Assembly (NCBI GenBank): GCA_030324005.1
Contig: JARDVH010000097.1
Span: forward strand, 12,484,478-12,548,477
Direction: 5' to 3'
Source of the DNA: Negaprion brevirostris
Lineage: Eukaryota
Length of the DNA stretch: 64,000 nucleotides
The position numbers and the translations under genes were made by a program. The notes below the pieces were generated by a model that did no database searches, had not been told where the DNA came from, and was given only the letters and a program-made list of their open reading frames with translations. The stretch's first letter is position 1, and each line of letters opens with the position of its first letter. This document shows positions 12,589-25,181 of the stretch, piece after piece.

Positions 12589-12618
12589 CTCTCTGTCTCT
12601 CTCTCTCTCTCTCTCTCT
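12589..12618 (+). repeat. (CT)n microsatellite adjoining N gap
   Basis: ctctctgtctctctctctctctctctctct. Confidence 0.85.
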
Positions 12619-13667
12619 GTTCACTCTCAAACTCCTTGCTCCTCGCTTCTTCTAAACAAACTGCCCAGCCTTGTGTTTGGTTTCTTTCAGTTTCCTTTTC
12701 ATTATTGCTTGTCCCTACGATCACATTGTACGTTTTCCCAGTGGGATCTTTTTCACTGCCCCCGTGTTATGACTGTTTCCCAAGTTCTCTTATAGTTGGT
12801 CTAATTTTCTCAGTTTGTATGCGCTTCGTAGCGGACCTCAGCTGAAAATACTGAGTAAGGTTCCGTGTGAATACTGATCACGTGCAGATTGAACTCTTTA
12901 ATTGTCTGCTTTTGCATTCCTCATCAACTGACTAATTGATATCAAGTCTTGGATGAGTCAAAATCTCCTCTAGTTCAATCTGGGTAAACTGCAGTGTGCT
13001 ATATGTATGTATATAATGCATGTTGGGGTTTGGGGTGTGGACTGCCCTTTTAAGATTGTGGGTCAGGTGATTGCTGGGCAATTAGCTCCTCCCAGTTTGG
13101 GACCTGGTTGGACAGTCTGAGATCTGACTGGAACAGTGGACACCTGTTCAAATTACAAAGCCGATCTTGTAGTTCTTTATGCACACTTAGCCCATAGCGG
13201 CGCACACATAATATGAAGTCACTTTCTTCTTTTGACCTACACCAGCCTCTCCGTCGATGTTAACTTCCATCAGTCTTCCTGATCACCCTCATAGGCTAAG
13301 TTTAATGGTGGGAATTTTTCGCAGGTTGCTTGATCCAGAGTTACGTTTCCTCCCTGCGTTCATTCTGAACTGCCATCCACCATCAAAGGACTGCTCACCG
13401 TCCAGCCACCTCTTCTCCCGCAACTGCCAAGATTTTAATGCATTTCTTAAGACTTGATGTCTGTGATCCCCAAGCTGGCCTCGCTGCTTTCACCCTCCAT
13501 CATCATTTGCAAATTATTCAAAATGTTGCTTCTCGTATGCTGATTGTTAAAATTTCTATCGAAGGCCGTGTGGGTTGCTGGCATGCTAGCATTTGTTACT
13601 CTTGGCCGATTGCCTTCAAGGAAGTGATTGTGGGTTACCGTCTAGAATCGCTGCAGTCTAAAGCCCT

Positions 13668-13925
13668 GGGTGGCACAGTGGTTAGCACTGCCTCCCCGCA
13701 GGGACCTGAATTCGATTCACTGTCTGTGTGGCGTCTGCATGTTCTCCCCGAGTCTGTGTGGGTTTCCTTCGAGTGCTCTGGTTTCCTCCCAAAAGACGTG
13801 CTGGTTAGGTGTACTGGCCGTGCTAAATTCTTCCTCCATGTAGCTGAACAGACGCTGGAGTGTGGCGACTAGGGGATTTTCACAGTAATTTCACTGCAGT
13901 GTTAACGTAAGCCTACTTGTAAGTA
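13668..13925 (+). mobile_element. HE1/V-SINE-like SINE, type B
   Basis: GGTGGCACAGTGGTTAGCACTG head and type B tail. Confidence 0.8.
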
Positions 13926-14974
13926 AATGATTTCCAAACTGGATTTTTGATCAAACTCTACTCTTCCTAGTGACACTAAGAATCCGTTTCAAGTTCTCAG
14001 CTTTACTGTCACTGGAATTGTTGAGCACCCCACTTTAACAATCTCTTCCAGCCTGTTCCTTGTTCCACTATCCCTGTTTCATCACCAGTTGCAGCTCTTG
14101 CAGCCATTCTACCTCCACCCTCTGGAACTTGCTTCCAAAATCTTCCCTGTCAACCATCAAAACATGTTCTCTTAAGCTCTTCTGGCTCATTCCAGTCTAC
14201 CTGCTCTTCCATTTCCCTCCACCCATTGTCCTTCTCCACTCTCCTGTGATGGCTTTGTCATGCAGAATAATCTATAAATGCAAGTTGTACCTTGCCCCAG
14301 GAAGGAATTGCTTTAAAAATTGACCTATTCAACAAGACTGGATCATATCTCCTGGGCGTTTCACCTCAGTGCTGAATACGGTTAATCAAGATGATTTTTG
14401 AATGTACTATTTGGACTGACAGTGAAGCAGAATTGGATTGAGTTAAAATATTCTGGATTGATTCTTCATTGTCAGTCTTGCTGGAGTCAGGACACCTATG
14501 GTTTTGAGACATGTTAATATTTCTTCCCTTTGAGTCATTGCCCACTTGTTATGCAGGACTTTCAAGTGGGCTGCAGACTTCTTAAACAGACCAAGAGTGT
14601 TACGGTCTGCCACAGTAACTACCACTGCTTTCTTACGAAAAATATGGACATCTGTCAAAGGTGCTGCATTATTATAGTGCAATGATGTTCAGATGTCTTG
14701 GGGAATTCAATAGAATCCCTTCAATGCAGAAGAGCACCAACTTTCTCACCCAGGTCCACTTCCCTGCTTTATCCCTGTAACCCTGCACATTTACCGTGGC
14801 TAATCCATTTAACCTGTACATCTTGGGCCACTAAGGAGCAACTTAGTACGGAGTCCATCTAACCTGCACATCTTCGGATGTAATCCAACGTTTAATTCTT
14901 TGGAGATGCAAGAGAGAGAGAGCTGTAAGCCAAGCTGTGCGAGTTTTGATGAGAAAGGATAGAATTGCATTAAA

Positions 14975-15385
14975 AGATGTAGTTACAAAGTTCACTTAAC
15001 TGATTGGGATGCTGGGGTTGTCTTAAAAGAAAATGTTTGACGCACATCGAGCCTAAATCCATTGGAGTTTAAAAGAATGAGAGGCGATCTCATTGAAACA
15101 TACAAGATCCTGAGGGGACGTGGTAGGGGGAATGCTGAAAGAACGTTTTCCCTTGTGGGAGAGACTAGAACCAGGGTCAGAGTTTAAAAGTAAAGGTGTC
15201 TCCCATTTAAGATGGAGAGATTTTCTTTTCTCTGAGGACCGTTATTTGGTGGAACTCTCTTCCCCAGAGAGCACTAGAAGCTGGGTCATTGAATATATTT
15301 AAGGGTGATTTAGGTAGATTCTTGACAGACAAGAGTCAGTAGGTATAGCGGGTAGGCAGGAAACTCGAGGCCACCATCAGATCAA
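14975..15385 (+). mobile_element. CR1-like LINE 3' fragment
   Basis: Degenerate RRMRGDLIETYKILRG...FP...TRG signature. Confidence 0.7.
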
Positions 15386-15389
15386 TAAA

Positions 15390-15667
15390 TCATCAAATCC
15401 CTCTCGTGTAGAAGGAAGCTGTTCAGTCCATCAAGTCTGCGCTGACCACAATCCCACCCAGGCCCTAGCCCCGTAACCCTTTGCGTTTACCCTGCCAATC
15501 CCCCTGACATGAAGGGGCAATTAACCCACACATCTTTGGACTGTGGGAATAAACTGGAGAAAACCCATGCAGACACAAGGAGAACTCCACACAGACAGTG
15601 ATCCGAGGCTGGAATTGAACCCAGGTCCCTGGTGTAGAGAGGCAGTAGTGCTGACCACTGTGCCACC
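15390..15667 (-). mobile_element. HE1/V-SINE-like SINE, type A
   Basis: Ends ACCACTGTGCCACC, the reverse complement of the head. Confidence 0.8.
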
Positions 15668-16275
15668 CAGGTAGATTAGCCATCACCTTACCAAATGATG
15701 GACAAGGCTCAATGGCCTATCCCTACTAATTCATGTGTTGATGAATTTTTAGTATGTAAACTTTACTGCAGTAAATACTGGTGAAGCTGAGAGTGGAACA
15801 GACTGAAATAAAATACAGCGGCAAAGGAATGACCTTGGCTGCAAAATAGGGTCCGACAAGGCTCATCTAGATCAGCAATCTAGGTAGTTGTTGGTGCACG
15901 CTAGTTCCAATTAAGTGACCTGGATAAACAACCCGAGCAGAAACGTCCGATATGATAATACACACCTTGTTCAGAGATAATCCCATCATTTTATTCAAGT
16001 CAATGAGCTGTGCACCTAAGAGCAATTCACTGATTTTTTTTTTCTCTCTCTCACATGTTCGCTGCCAACATTTCTTTCTGGTAAATGATTGCTGTGTGGC
16101 TCTGCCAGCGCTATCAGATATAACTAACCTTTGTAACATTGGGGTGGAGAGCGCGGTTGTATTGCTGCTTCTTTGTAGATGGGTGATTTTTAAAAAGTGG
16201 AGTACAGCAAAATGCAATGTAAACGAGCCTTGCTTATGTAAGTTAGCCTGACGAGAATGTTTTGACCTCCTACAG

Positions 16276-16306
16276 GCGTGAAGAAAACCAGAGGCGGCAA
16301 AAAAAT
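16276..16306 (+). CDS. LMO7: LMO7 internal micro-exon (31 nt), end of CH domain: (x)REENQRRQKN
   Basis: ctcctacAG acceptor and GTAAGT donor. Translation resembles the recalled LMO7 segment QEETDRRVKN. Phase 2->0 fits the next exon. Confidence 0.8.
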
Positions 16307-17129
16307 GTAAGTGACCTGCTGTTAACTAAGTAGCTCAGGCGTGCTTCTGTCATGAATTGGGTTGCAAATTCTTTAATCTTGAAAATGCATGATTTTTGTC
16401 CGTGTTTTGTTTTTTTTTGGTTTTAAATTTACATCAGAATCAGTTTTCACCTTTTTTGCAATGCGTTTATGTTTGGAGCTCAATATCAGTCCAGGCCTCT
16501 GCCATCTCGATCTAAGTTTGGCCATATTCTTTGCTCCCGTGTTAATTTTGGAGTTACTCATCTAATTGGAACCAACAGTGATGGAGGATGATTTCGCACC
16601 CTTCAATCCCAAAGCAGGAATGTGCTCCAATATTTTGTGATAGAACCAATTTTGAATGGGAGGAATGAGTAGATGCATCTTTTAACCTAATTTTGTCAAA
16701 ATGGACTACTTTGTTTGTAACTATTTTTGAATTTGGGAAGACTTGCATTGTATCAAGTGTGAAAAGTTTAAGCCAGAATTCTCCAATCTTGAACACGGCT
16801 GGGCTTCTCTCGTCCTGCTGCAGTGATTGGAGATTTGGCTGAGTGCCAAACTCTCCATTCTCAATGGCAGCAGTGGCGGGGTGAACGAAACCAGAGGATT
16901 CAGGTCATAGTGTCTTCGTTCTGCAAAATTCCGTTTCTGATAATGACTTAAGTTTCTTTATGATAATTCAGCATTTATTAATAATGAAAAAAGAGTAAAA
17001 TCTGTCTACAGTAACTACAGTTGTATGTAGCTTTACATAATTGATTGAAAAATGAAATATATTGGCTTCAAAATGGCAGCTTTTTTTTTAGTTCTATCAA
17101 CAGCTGACAACCTCACCTTTTTTCTTGTC

Positions 17130-17710
17130 CCCCCACCCAACACCCACCGGATATCATTATTTCAACACCATTTACACCTTCTGTCAGCTTAAGCACATCT
17201 AACAGACTACTGCCTTGACCCTACCTCTTACCTAACGCCATCCATCTATCTGTCTGTGCGTGCTATTATTCATTATTCTAACAACACCTGGATGAAATTC
17301 TCTTCCTTGTGTCTAAGTTCCTCCATGGCCTTGCCTGCCCAGCTCTGAGTTCCTCCAACCCTACATCTGTTCACGATCTCTGCACTCTGCCAATTCAGGC
17401 CTGTAATAATGCATCATTGGTTTTAATTTCTCCGTCACTGATGGCTGTCTCTTCAGCTTTCTGGGTCTGAAGTGCTGGAATTTCCTTCCCAAATCTCTGG
17501 GTGTCTCTCCCTCTCTCTTTCTTCCTCCTCCACGCACCACTACCGTCACCACCTTCCTCCTGTAAGATATTCCTTAAAATCGACCTTCTTAATGAAGCTT
17601 TTAGCCATCTGGCCTCAACTGGCTCAGTGTCATTTTTTTCTGCTAACATTCTCCTGAAACATCTTGGGACATTTATGTTAAATGTGCTATATAAATGTAA
17701 GTTGTTGGAG
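17130..17710 (+). mobile_element. L2-like LINE 3' fragment
   Basis: Pyrimidine-rich degenerate 3' end finishing GAAACATCTTGGGACATTT...GTGCTATATAAATGTAAGTTGTTG. Confidence 0.55.
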
Positions 17711-17976
17711 CCTTGATGCCTGAGAGGGAGATAAATGTTAGGTGATAGGATTTCCAAATAATGTTTGGATCCCTTTTCTTTATTCTTTCGTGGGACGTGG
17801 GCAGTGTTGGCAAGGCCAGCATTTGTTGCCCATCCCTAATTGCCCTCGAACTGAGTGGCTTACTCGGCTATTTCAGAACCCACAGCATTATCTTGGGCCT
17901 CTGGATTGTTAGTCCTGTGATATTACCACTGTATCAAGCAAACTGAGATCCTGCTGGTCCTCTGCTTCAAAACCAA

Positions 17977-18260
17977 AGGTGGCACAATGGTTAGCACTGC
18001 TGCTGTATCGTGCCAAAGAGCTCGGTTTGATTCCCGACTTGGGTGACTGTCTGTGTGGAGTTTGCACATTCTCCCAGTGTCTGCATGGGTTTCCTCCCAC
18101 AGTCCAAAGATGTGTGGCTTAGGTTGATTGGCCATGCCAAATTGCCCCTTAGTGACAGGATAATTAGCAGGGTAAAGATGTGGGGTTACAGGAATAGGGA
18201 TTGTAGTCGGTGCTGGCTTGATGGGCTGAATGGCTTCATTCTGCACTGTGGGGGTTCTAA
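17977..18260 (+). mobile_element. HE1/V-SINE-like SINE, type A
   Basis: Family head, centre and tail. Confidence 0.8.
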
Positions 18261-19551
18261 GGGAGCTGTGTGAGGTGACTGAAAATGGTTGAAAACTTGG
18301 ATTTTAAAGAAGGTTTTTAAAGTTAGTGAGAGAAGGGGGAAATCAAATAAGATACTGGATGATTTGACTCTAAGTGGCCAAGGTCTGGATGAGGTTTCTC
18401 ACAATGGGAGGCTGAGCTGGGTGAAAGGAAACCTTATTATAAAGATGTAATGGTTTAAGGGATATGGGGTTTGAAGCTTGACATTGGGTGAAACAGGACA
18501 CCGTGTTTCACATGGGCTGGGTTTGCTTGGGCAAATGATTAGGTGTCAGGGTGGGAATGGTGGCACAGGAGCAGGGTTGATGACCACAGAGGTGGTGGTT
18601 AACAATATATTTCAGACCACAAAAAAAGTCCAGGTACATCAGAAATGGGATGATGGAGAGGATGGATAGAAGGATTTTTTTTTTGACAAGGTGAGTGTAA
18701 TAGTTTGAGTGGAAATAAATCATGAACTCTTCCCACTTAGTATGGGATCTGAGGGTGGAGGGAGGCCAAGGAAGAAAAAAATCAGTTGATTTAATGAAAG
18801 GAGCCTTGGGTTAGGCCACGTGGAGTTAGGTGACAGATCAGCCGTGATCTTATTGGATGGCAGAACGGGCTTGAGGGGTTGAATTGCCTACTCCTGTTCC
18901 TATTGTTGACATTGTACTTGGTGGTAATCCAGATGTAGTAGGAGGATTTGACTGAAAATACAGTCAACTTAGGCGAGCCACGTGTTGTGACAAATGGCCA
19001 GAGTGACTGTGTGTTCGGGCCTCTCAATGTTGCAGCCCTGGCCTTCCGGGAGAGAGAAAGTGGGGGATTATGGAGAGCAGTGGGATGGGTGGGAGCATCA
19101 AAAGGCATTGGTGAGACAATGGCTTGTTAGGATATTAGAAGCATAGCTGGCATAATGGCAGGAAGGGAGGTTGGATGAATTGGTGAGGTAGCTGAAATAC
19201 TGTGCCACCACTAATACCACACCCCCCAATTTTGATGTGTTTGCATATTCTGATATTAATAAATCCGAATAGAATGGATCCATACTGAAACAAATGAGAG
19301 AAGTCTTTTGAAAAGCTCAGTCAGGAGAAATGTTATATGTGTAAAATAATATGTGTATTTGGATGTGTGTGGTATCTCACTGTGTTTTGTTGTAAGGCAA
19401 TAGATTTGATGCATTCAATGAGAGTAAATGCTAACATGGACTTATGGAAAAAAATAAGTGTCATGTTCCATAAACTTACTTGAACAATGTTTCTTATTAT
19501 TGCTTTCTTTTTAAATCTTCCTGTGTCAAATGATTAAATGGAAAATGGTAG

Positions 19552-19665
19552 GTTCTGATCACGATATACTGGCTTGGAAGAAGAGCACAGCATGAACCTC
19601 ACTATGATGGACCTTACCTTAACCTGAAAGCGTTTGAAGGGCTACTTGGACAAACTCTAACCAAG
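19552..19665 (+). CDS. LMO7: LMO7 exon [38 protein letters not shown] (CH domain C-terminus)
   Basis: 114 nt, AG/GTCAGT boundaries. Near-identical to recalled LMO7 VLITLYWLGRKAQSNPYYNGPHLNLKAFENLLGQALTK. Confidence 0.95.
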
Positions 19666-20122
19666 GTCAGTGCCTCAATCTGTAAGTGCTGAGGTCAAGG
19701 CAAAAACCTAGAGACCAGTCAAATCTGGCAGGATAGGGCTGGACCAGATACCTGGAGTGTTCCATCATGTGATCTGAAGTAACAATCTGAGAAGGTGTCC
19801 ACAGAAAAACCCATGAGAGAAAATGCTGCAGGAACAATCACTATTTTCCTGATTTTAGAGAGTTTTATCATACTTTCAAAGCTAATCTGTGAATTTACAA
19901 GGTCGACTTTTCATAAAATGCTACTTTAACTGTGAGGTGCTTGTTCGCCAACATGATGNNNNNNNNNNNNNNNNNNNNNNNNNNNNNNNNNNNNNNNNNN
20001 NNNNNNNNNNNNNNNNNNNNNNNNNNNNNNNNNNNNNNNNNNNNNNNNNNNNNNNNNNNNNNNNNNNNNNNNNNNNNNNNNNNNNNNNNNNNNNNNNNNN
20101 NNNNNNNNNNNNNNNNNNNNNN

Positions 20123-21622
20123 TGAAGAGCAGACCCATTTACACTGCTCGTGCACGCCACCCAGTGGCTGCTATATTAATATTTGAACAATACTCTCTCT
20201 CCATTGTGGGCACAAACCTGGTCACCAGGTGTGGGGTACTCTTGGGGATGTTGTACGTAACACCAGTCTGGCCCATTCCCCAGTCCTGTGCTACAGCAGT
20301 CACCCAAGCCATCTTCAAGTTCATCTGGAGATCCAAGGTAGATCGTGTCCGAAGCAGCATGCACAAATCTGTGGAGAAGGGAGGAGAAAATGTACCCAGC
20401 GCCAGCCTCGTCCTGATGGCCCCCCTTTTGTGTGCGGCCGTATTAAGCTGTGCTTAGACCCTTGGTATGCAAACATCAATGCTGGAATTCTACCGCCGTG
20501 CCCACCGTGGAATCAGGGTAGGCAAGGGGCAGACAATGGAGATGTCCGTTGGCCTTGGGTGGGAATTTCTGGATTCGCTCAAATGAGGTTGTAAAATCCT
20601 GCCCCAAGTGTCACTACGCACTGAGGTTCTACTGTCCCTGGTGTTGGGAAGCCACGTTGCTGTGGGCCAAGTCCAAGTAGTTGGATTGTGCAAATATCCC
20701 CTGTCCGTTGGACAAAGATTTGTTCAGAAAAACACTCGACCATATAATGATCAAGCAGTGGTCGACATGTAATGCCCCCGAGGCTCTGAGGGGAAAAAGA
20801 GATGGTGGATCAGAGGATTCCCTGAACAGACTGTCAGAGTCATCTGGCAGAATGCCTCATCACCAGAACTTTCAAACAAGCACCAAGACAAGGCCAGTCT
20901 CTATCATATCCCTTATGTATGCCCAAGGTATCTGCGTCACTGTTCCTGCCCCCAAAGTGGCTGCGGCAGGAAAGAGAAAATCACACATCTCCTTGTGGAA
21001 CGTGCCTTTGCAAAGAAGGTCTGGAGGGAGATGCAGTGGTTTTTGCTGAGGTTCACCCCAAACAGTTCTGTGACACACGACTCTGTGCTCTACGGGCTGT
21101 TTCCAGGGACACGAACCAAGACAAGCATCAACTGCTGGAAGGCCATCAACTGGGTGAAAGACGCTGTTTGGTCTGCTTGAAACTTGTTGATTTTCCAGTG
21201 CAAAGAATCGTCCTCGACAGAATGTGCCAGTTTGCAGCACCCAAAGGTTTATACCTGCTGAGGGATACACACAAGCTTGGGGCACAATAGGGAAAGGGCA
21301 CAGAATAAGGCCTTTAAGCCAATGTACACTGAGGGGCCAGTAACTATGTTTAAAAACTTCTTGCATGATTTGCTAAATCCAAACTGTACTGAAGCACCAC
21401 AGAGCGCAACATGACCAATGTGTGTAGTTCGAACAGAACTGTACTCGTAGCAAAAATATTGCAATGTTAACGATCTCATTATTGAACTGAAGCACCTCAG
21501 AGTGCATCTTGATCCCTGGAGAAAATGGGTATATCATTACACTTTACTGTTGCAACAGTTGGAAATATTTTGTAACGTGCCTTTCAGATTTTACATAAAT
21601 AAAGTATATTTTTGCAAAAAAA
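20123..21622 (+). mobile_element. 3' part of a degenerate Tx1/L1-clade non-LTR retrotransposon
   Basis: Frameshifted ORF2-like peptides (SLSIVGTNLV...LYVTPVWPIP...IFKFIWRSKVDRV...KGGENVP; CPQSGCGRKEKITHLLVERAFAKKVW zinc-knuckle-like; CWKAINWVKDAVWSA). Ends with AATAAA at ~21597 and an A-run at 21616-21622. Confidence 0.8.
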
Positions 21623-21625
21623 CCC

Positions 21626-21760
21626 ATTGCGCCTCAGCCTTTTGGCTAAGATCAAGTATGAGATCAAGCCCAAGATAGGGTGCAATGCCTTTTTCTTGTG
21701 GGAATCATGAATTGGATCCGGTCTGAATCGGGATTTTGGAGCAAGTGCGGAGATGGATTT
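21626..21760 (+). pseudogene. U2 snRNA-derived sequence
   Basis: ATTGCGCCTCAGCCTTTTGGCTAAGATCAAGT resembles the U2 5' end (ATCGCTTCTCGGCCTTTTGGCTAAGATCAAGT). GGATTTTGGAGCAAGTGCGGAGATGGA at 21731-21757 resembles the U2 Sm site and stem-loop III. The middle is diverged and the branch-point-binding GTAGTA is lost. Confidence 0.75.
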
Positions 21761-22052
21761 GACTTTGTAACTTTTAATAATGAAATAAAAACATTTAAAA
21801 ATTTAAATTAATGCCCAAAACCTGGGAACAAATGATGAGTCCATCTTCCAAAGTAGAATGATGTTGTCTGTCTGACTGAGGTGGGGAATCAATCTCAAAA
21901 TAGGATAAAATAATTGACAGTCAAACTCTGCCTGTGGCATATTTTTGTTCAAAATAATCTGTCCTGCACCTTTTGTATTGAAATGAAAGTGTGGATATGA
22001 ATAGAAATTTTCACTGCCTGTGGCTTCATCTGAGTTTTGAATTCCCCTTTAG

Positions 22053-22251
22053 GCACTTGCGGACTGGGGTAGCGTGAAACGCAGTGGGAGAGACAGCGGC
22101 TACTGCGATATCTGGTGTACGGAACGGAGCGAGTCGACTTCACCACAGTTCAGGCATAGAAGGGATGACTCGCTTGACAGTTTAGATTCATTCGGGTCAA
22201 AGTCTATCACCAGCCTTTCATCGGACGTAACACTAAAGGGTAGCAGTGAAG
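22053..22251 (+). CDS. LMO7: LMO7 exon [21 protein letters not shown]...[14 protein letters not shown]...KGSSE(G)
   Basis: cccctttAG acceptor, GTGAGG donor, phase 0->1. Contains the RDSGY and DSLDSFGS motifs of LMO7/LIMCH1 (ORF 22074..22313). Confidence 0.95.
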
Positions 22252-22793
22252 GTGAGGAGAGTTTACCATGGTGTTCAGTCACGGGTGTGCTTTGGAAGGG
22301 AGTTATATATTGACCATCAACTATTGACTCTTATCCTTCTGTTTGGCTAGATAATTTAGTGACAATGCACCTTTTAGCAGTTAAAGTAAAATTAATGCAG
22401 CTCAGAGGTAAATTTAATATCCGGAGCTTCACTTTCAGGTGCAGTTACAGATTGCAAATCCAGGCAGATTGCACCATTGGAGTTGTCACGCATTGTGTTT
22501 GTCCTTTATGGAATGTTTTTGCCTGTTTTATATAAAAACAAATTGAAAACATTTGTCACTAGAGTGAAAATAATTTATGTACCAAGGATTTTATCACAGC
22601 GTGTTAATAGCTTTCCAAAAATACCTTAATGATTGCTGTCAGCGATCTGTGAACCTAGGGAAGATTGATCCCGAAGGAAAGTTATCTCAGCAGCGTGTGT
22701 TGGGCGTTAGCGAAGCCATGAGGTTCGACAGTGGAGGTTTTGAAGAAATATTTGTCAAGAAGTATGTCTTTCCTTGACCCTTCTCTGGTTTAG

Positions 22794-23049
22794 GTGGTGG
22801 GAGTGACGCTGAGTCCGAGTGTTTAAGTGGCAAGGCGATGGATGGGCCCAAGGATGACATGTTGCATCGCAGGGTCTCCACTTCTGAGTATAAACCCGTG
22901 ATGCCCTACAACCAGTTCCTGCCGACCAAAAGCAAACCTGCAACCTACGTCCCGGCTCCGCTGAGGAAAAAGCGAGCAGAAAGAAATGAAGATAATAGAA
23001 GAAGTTGGGCAAGCCCAATGTTTACAGAAAATGATGGAACGTTTTCGAG
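22794..23049 (+). CDS. LMO7: LMO7 exon, DUF4757-like region: GGSDAESE...[12 protein letters not shown]...[34 protein letters not shown]
   Basis: tttAG acceptor, GTAAGT donor, phase 1->2. Diagnostic YVPAPLRKK and RRSWASP motifs (ORF 22838..23053). Confidence 0.95.
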
Positions 23050-24860
23050 GTAAGTCGATTTTAAACCTTTCCGTATTTAATTTTGTGGTAGATTGCTCTT
23101 AATCATCTATGCATATAGATGAGCTTATTGTTCAAACAATTGAAACATTTGAAGTTTAATATGCAAGTTTTTTTTTACAGTTTGTACTAATTTAACTCAT
23201 TTCATCATCAAATTGGGGGGCGGGGTGGTGGAGAGAGAGAGAGTTTTTGATACAGTAGACAGAGAAACCCCCCCTCATTTCCAACCATGTTAATGCCCCG
23301 ATTAATTGTTTCTCGGACCTTTTTGAAGTTCCAAGAGGCCGAGTTTCTGCAGCCAGTCCTCAGTACTATTGGCAAATCTGAGCTGTACCTCATCCAAGGC
23401 CTTTGGATTTGCTGAGAGATTCTTACACCCAATAGTCAATGCGGTAGGTCAGATGGAGACCCCCATCCAGTTGAAACAACTGGATGAGAGAAGGGCCAGC
23501 ATTTCCTCGTCTTTAATTTTTTTGGTGGCAGTGCGCTGGCTTTGAGCGACTTGTGCATATACAAATAAACTCATCGTTTTCCTCCTCGTGTCACCAGCCA
23601 TGTTCATGATCTTTTAATTATTTACTTCCTTTATATTTAGTCTGAATTTTGAATGAAATTACAATAGTTTTAATTAATTTATATTAAGTTAATTTAAAAC
23701 ATTTTTTTTGATTCATAAAAGGAATAACCATTTTCAGGGTTTAATTAATCGGTACATTTTAGAAACACTGCGACATTGCTGGGTAAAATTCCAGACTCAT
23801 TTTAGCTGTTTTTTTTTCCCTACAAATGGTAAAGGAAATGGTTTTCCTGGTTGCCACGGAATTGTGAAGCAATCGCCCATTAGTACTCTATTCTTGACAA
23901 CACATTTATACGGGAATATAAAGGGCTGAATGAAGTCATTACAGTCCATCCAACTGGCCAAAACATTTAATATTAACGATGACAGTTTTCAGAAAAAGAG
24001 ACTCAGTCTCCTCGTTTGAGATGGTAGGCAGTCTCGAGTAGCAAAGTCCATTAAAGTCAATACAAATTTGCACGTGGATTTTTCCGCTATGATGCCCATC
24101 TTCCAGTTCACCTTTAACCCCCTATCATTTCCAATTGGTTTCCCTTTTAATGAGCTGGTACTAAACGCACACCATAATGTCAATGGTTTATCTCCGTTGG
24201 AAGCATATTGGTAAGGGAACCATTGACATGTACAGTTTTGCATTGGCAGGAAGGACACGATCACTGCAAAAGTAACCTTTTGCGTGTGTGCGTGTGTCAT
24301 ATGTGCATGTGTTCAACTTGCAAGGCAAGAAAAGCTCTTTAGCTATATTGGCATTTGCACTCGGGGCAAATGCTTTGATCCTTTACTGCAACCATACTAT
24401 TTCCTTTGTCTTTTGTTCCATGACATCTTTATCATTTCATCTCTCCTGCCGTCTCCCCACCTCTTTTGTTCTTCCTCCCTATCCTCTCCCTCTTGACTAC
24501 ATAAAACCCATTGCCTTTCCATCTAGTCCTGATTTAGAATTGTATTGGAGTTGAAGTGTTTTCTCTGATCCTCTCTCTGCGGACGCTGCCAGACTTGCTT
24601 GAGTATTTCACTTGCTGTTTTTATTTCAGAATTCCAGTGTCTGCAATATTTTGTTTTAAATTTTTAGGCAACAGGTTTATTTTGATGGGGTGTCAAACTG
24701 ATGGTGATAATGTCATGGCATGGTCTGTGCTGATACCTGCATTTGAATTGCTGGTGCTGTTAATGAATTCTTATTTTGCTTAATGCTGTGTGTTTCTTGA
24801 AGCTGATTGAGTTTGAATGTTATCCGAGCCTTCAATCCAAATTATCTTAATTGGCTTCAG

Positions 24861-25181
24861 TGGGCAAGAGAAATCTCTGCAGGAAGAAACGATGGTTGCC
24901 GGTGACAGTGGTTCATGTGGCACTTCCAGCAGAGAGGCAAGCAGAGCACCTCCAGAATTCCTATGTGACTATTCTGACACCGATTCTGGATCGGACAGTG
25001 ACGGAAGGGAGCCCGATCCCTTGCTGGATGACTTAGCCTGCCGGAAATTTGGTACACACGTCGATTTTGCAAGACATAGGTTTCACCAGCAGGATGCCAA
25101 TCCGCCTGCGCCGCCTGATCAAGCTCCCCACTCGATTGGTACCATCTCATCTTTAACAGAAGAGAATGGGCGAGCCACCAG
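24861..25181 (+). CDS. LMO7: LMO7 probable cassette exon (321 nt, phase 2-2): GQEKSLQEE...DSDGREPDPLLDDLACRKF...ENGRAT
   Basis: ttcAG acceptor, GTCAGA donor, open frame (ORF 24817..25260). Length is a multiple of 3 and it carries the PDxxxDDxxxRK motif. Confidence 0.75.

Noticed and set aside
21626-21760. Functional U2 snRNA gene
   Set aside because: The branch-site recognition sequence and stem II region are not conserved, and the upstream DNA is LINE tail rather than a snRNA promoter.
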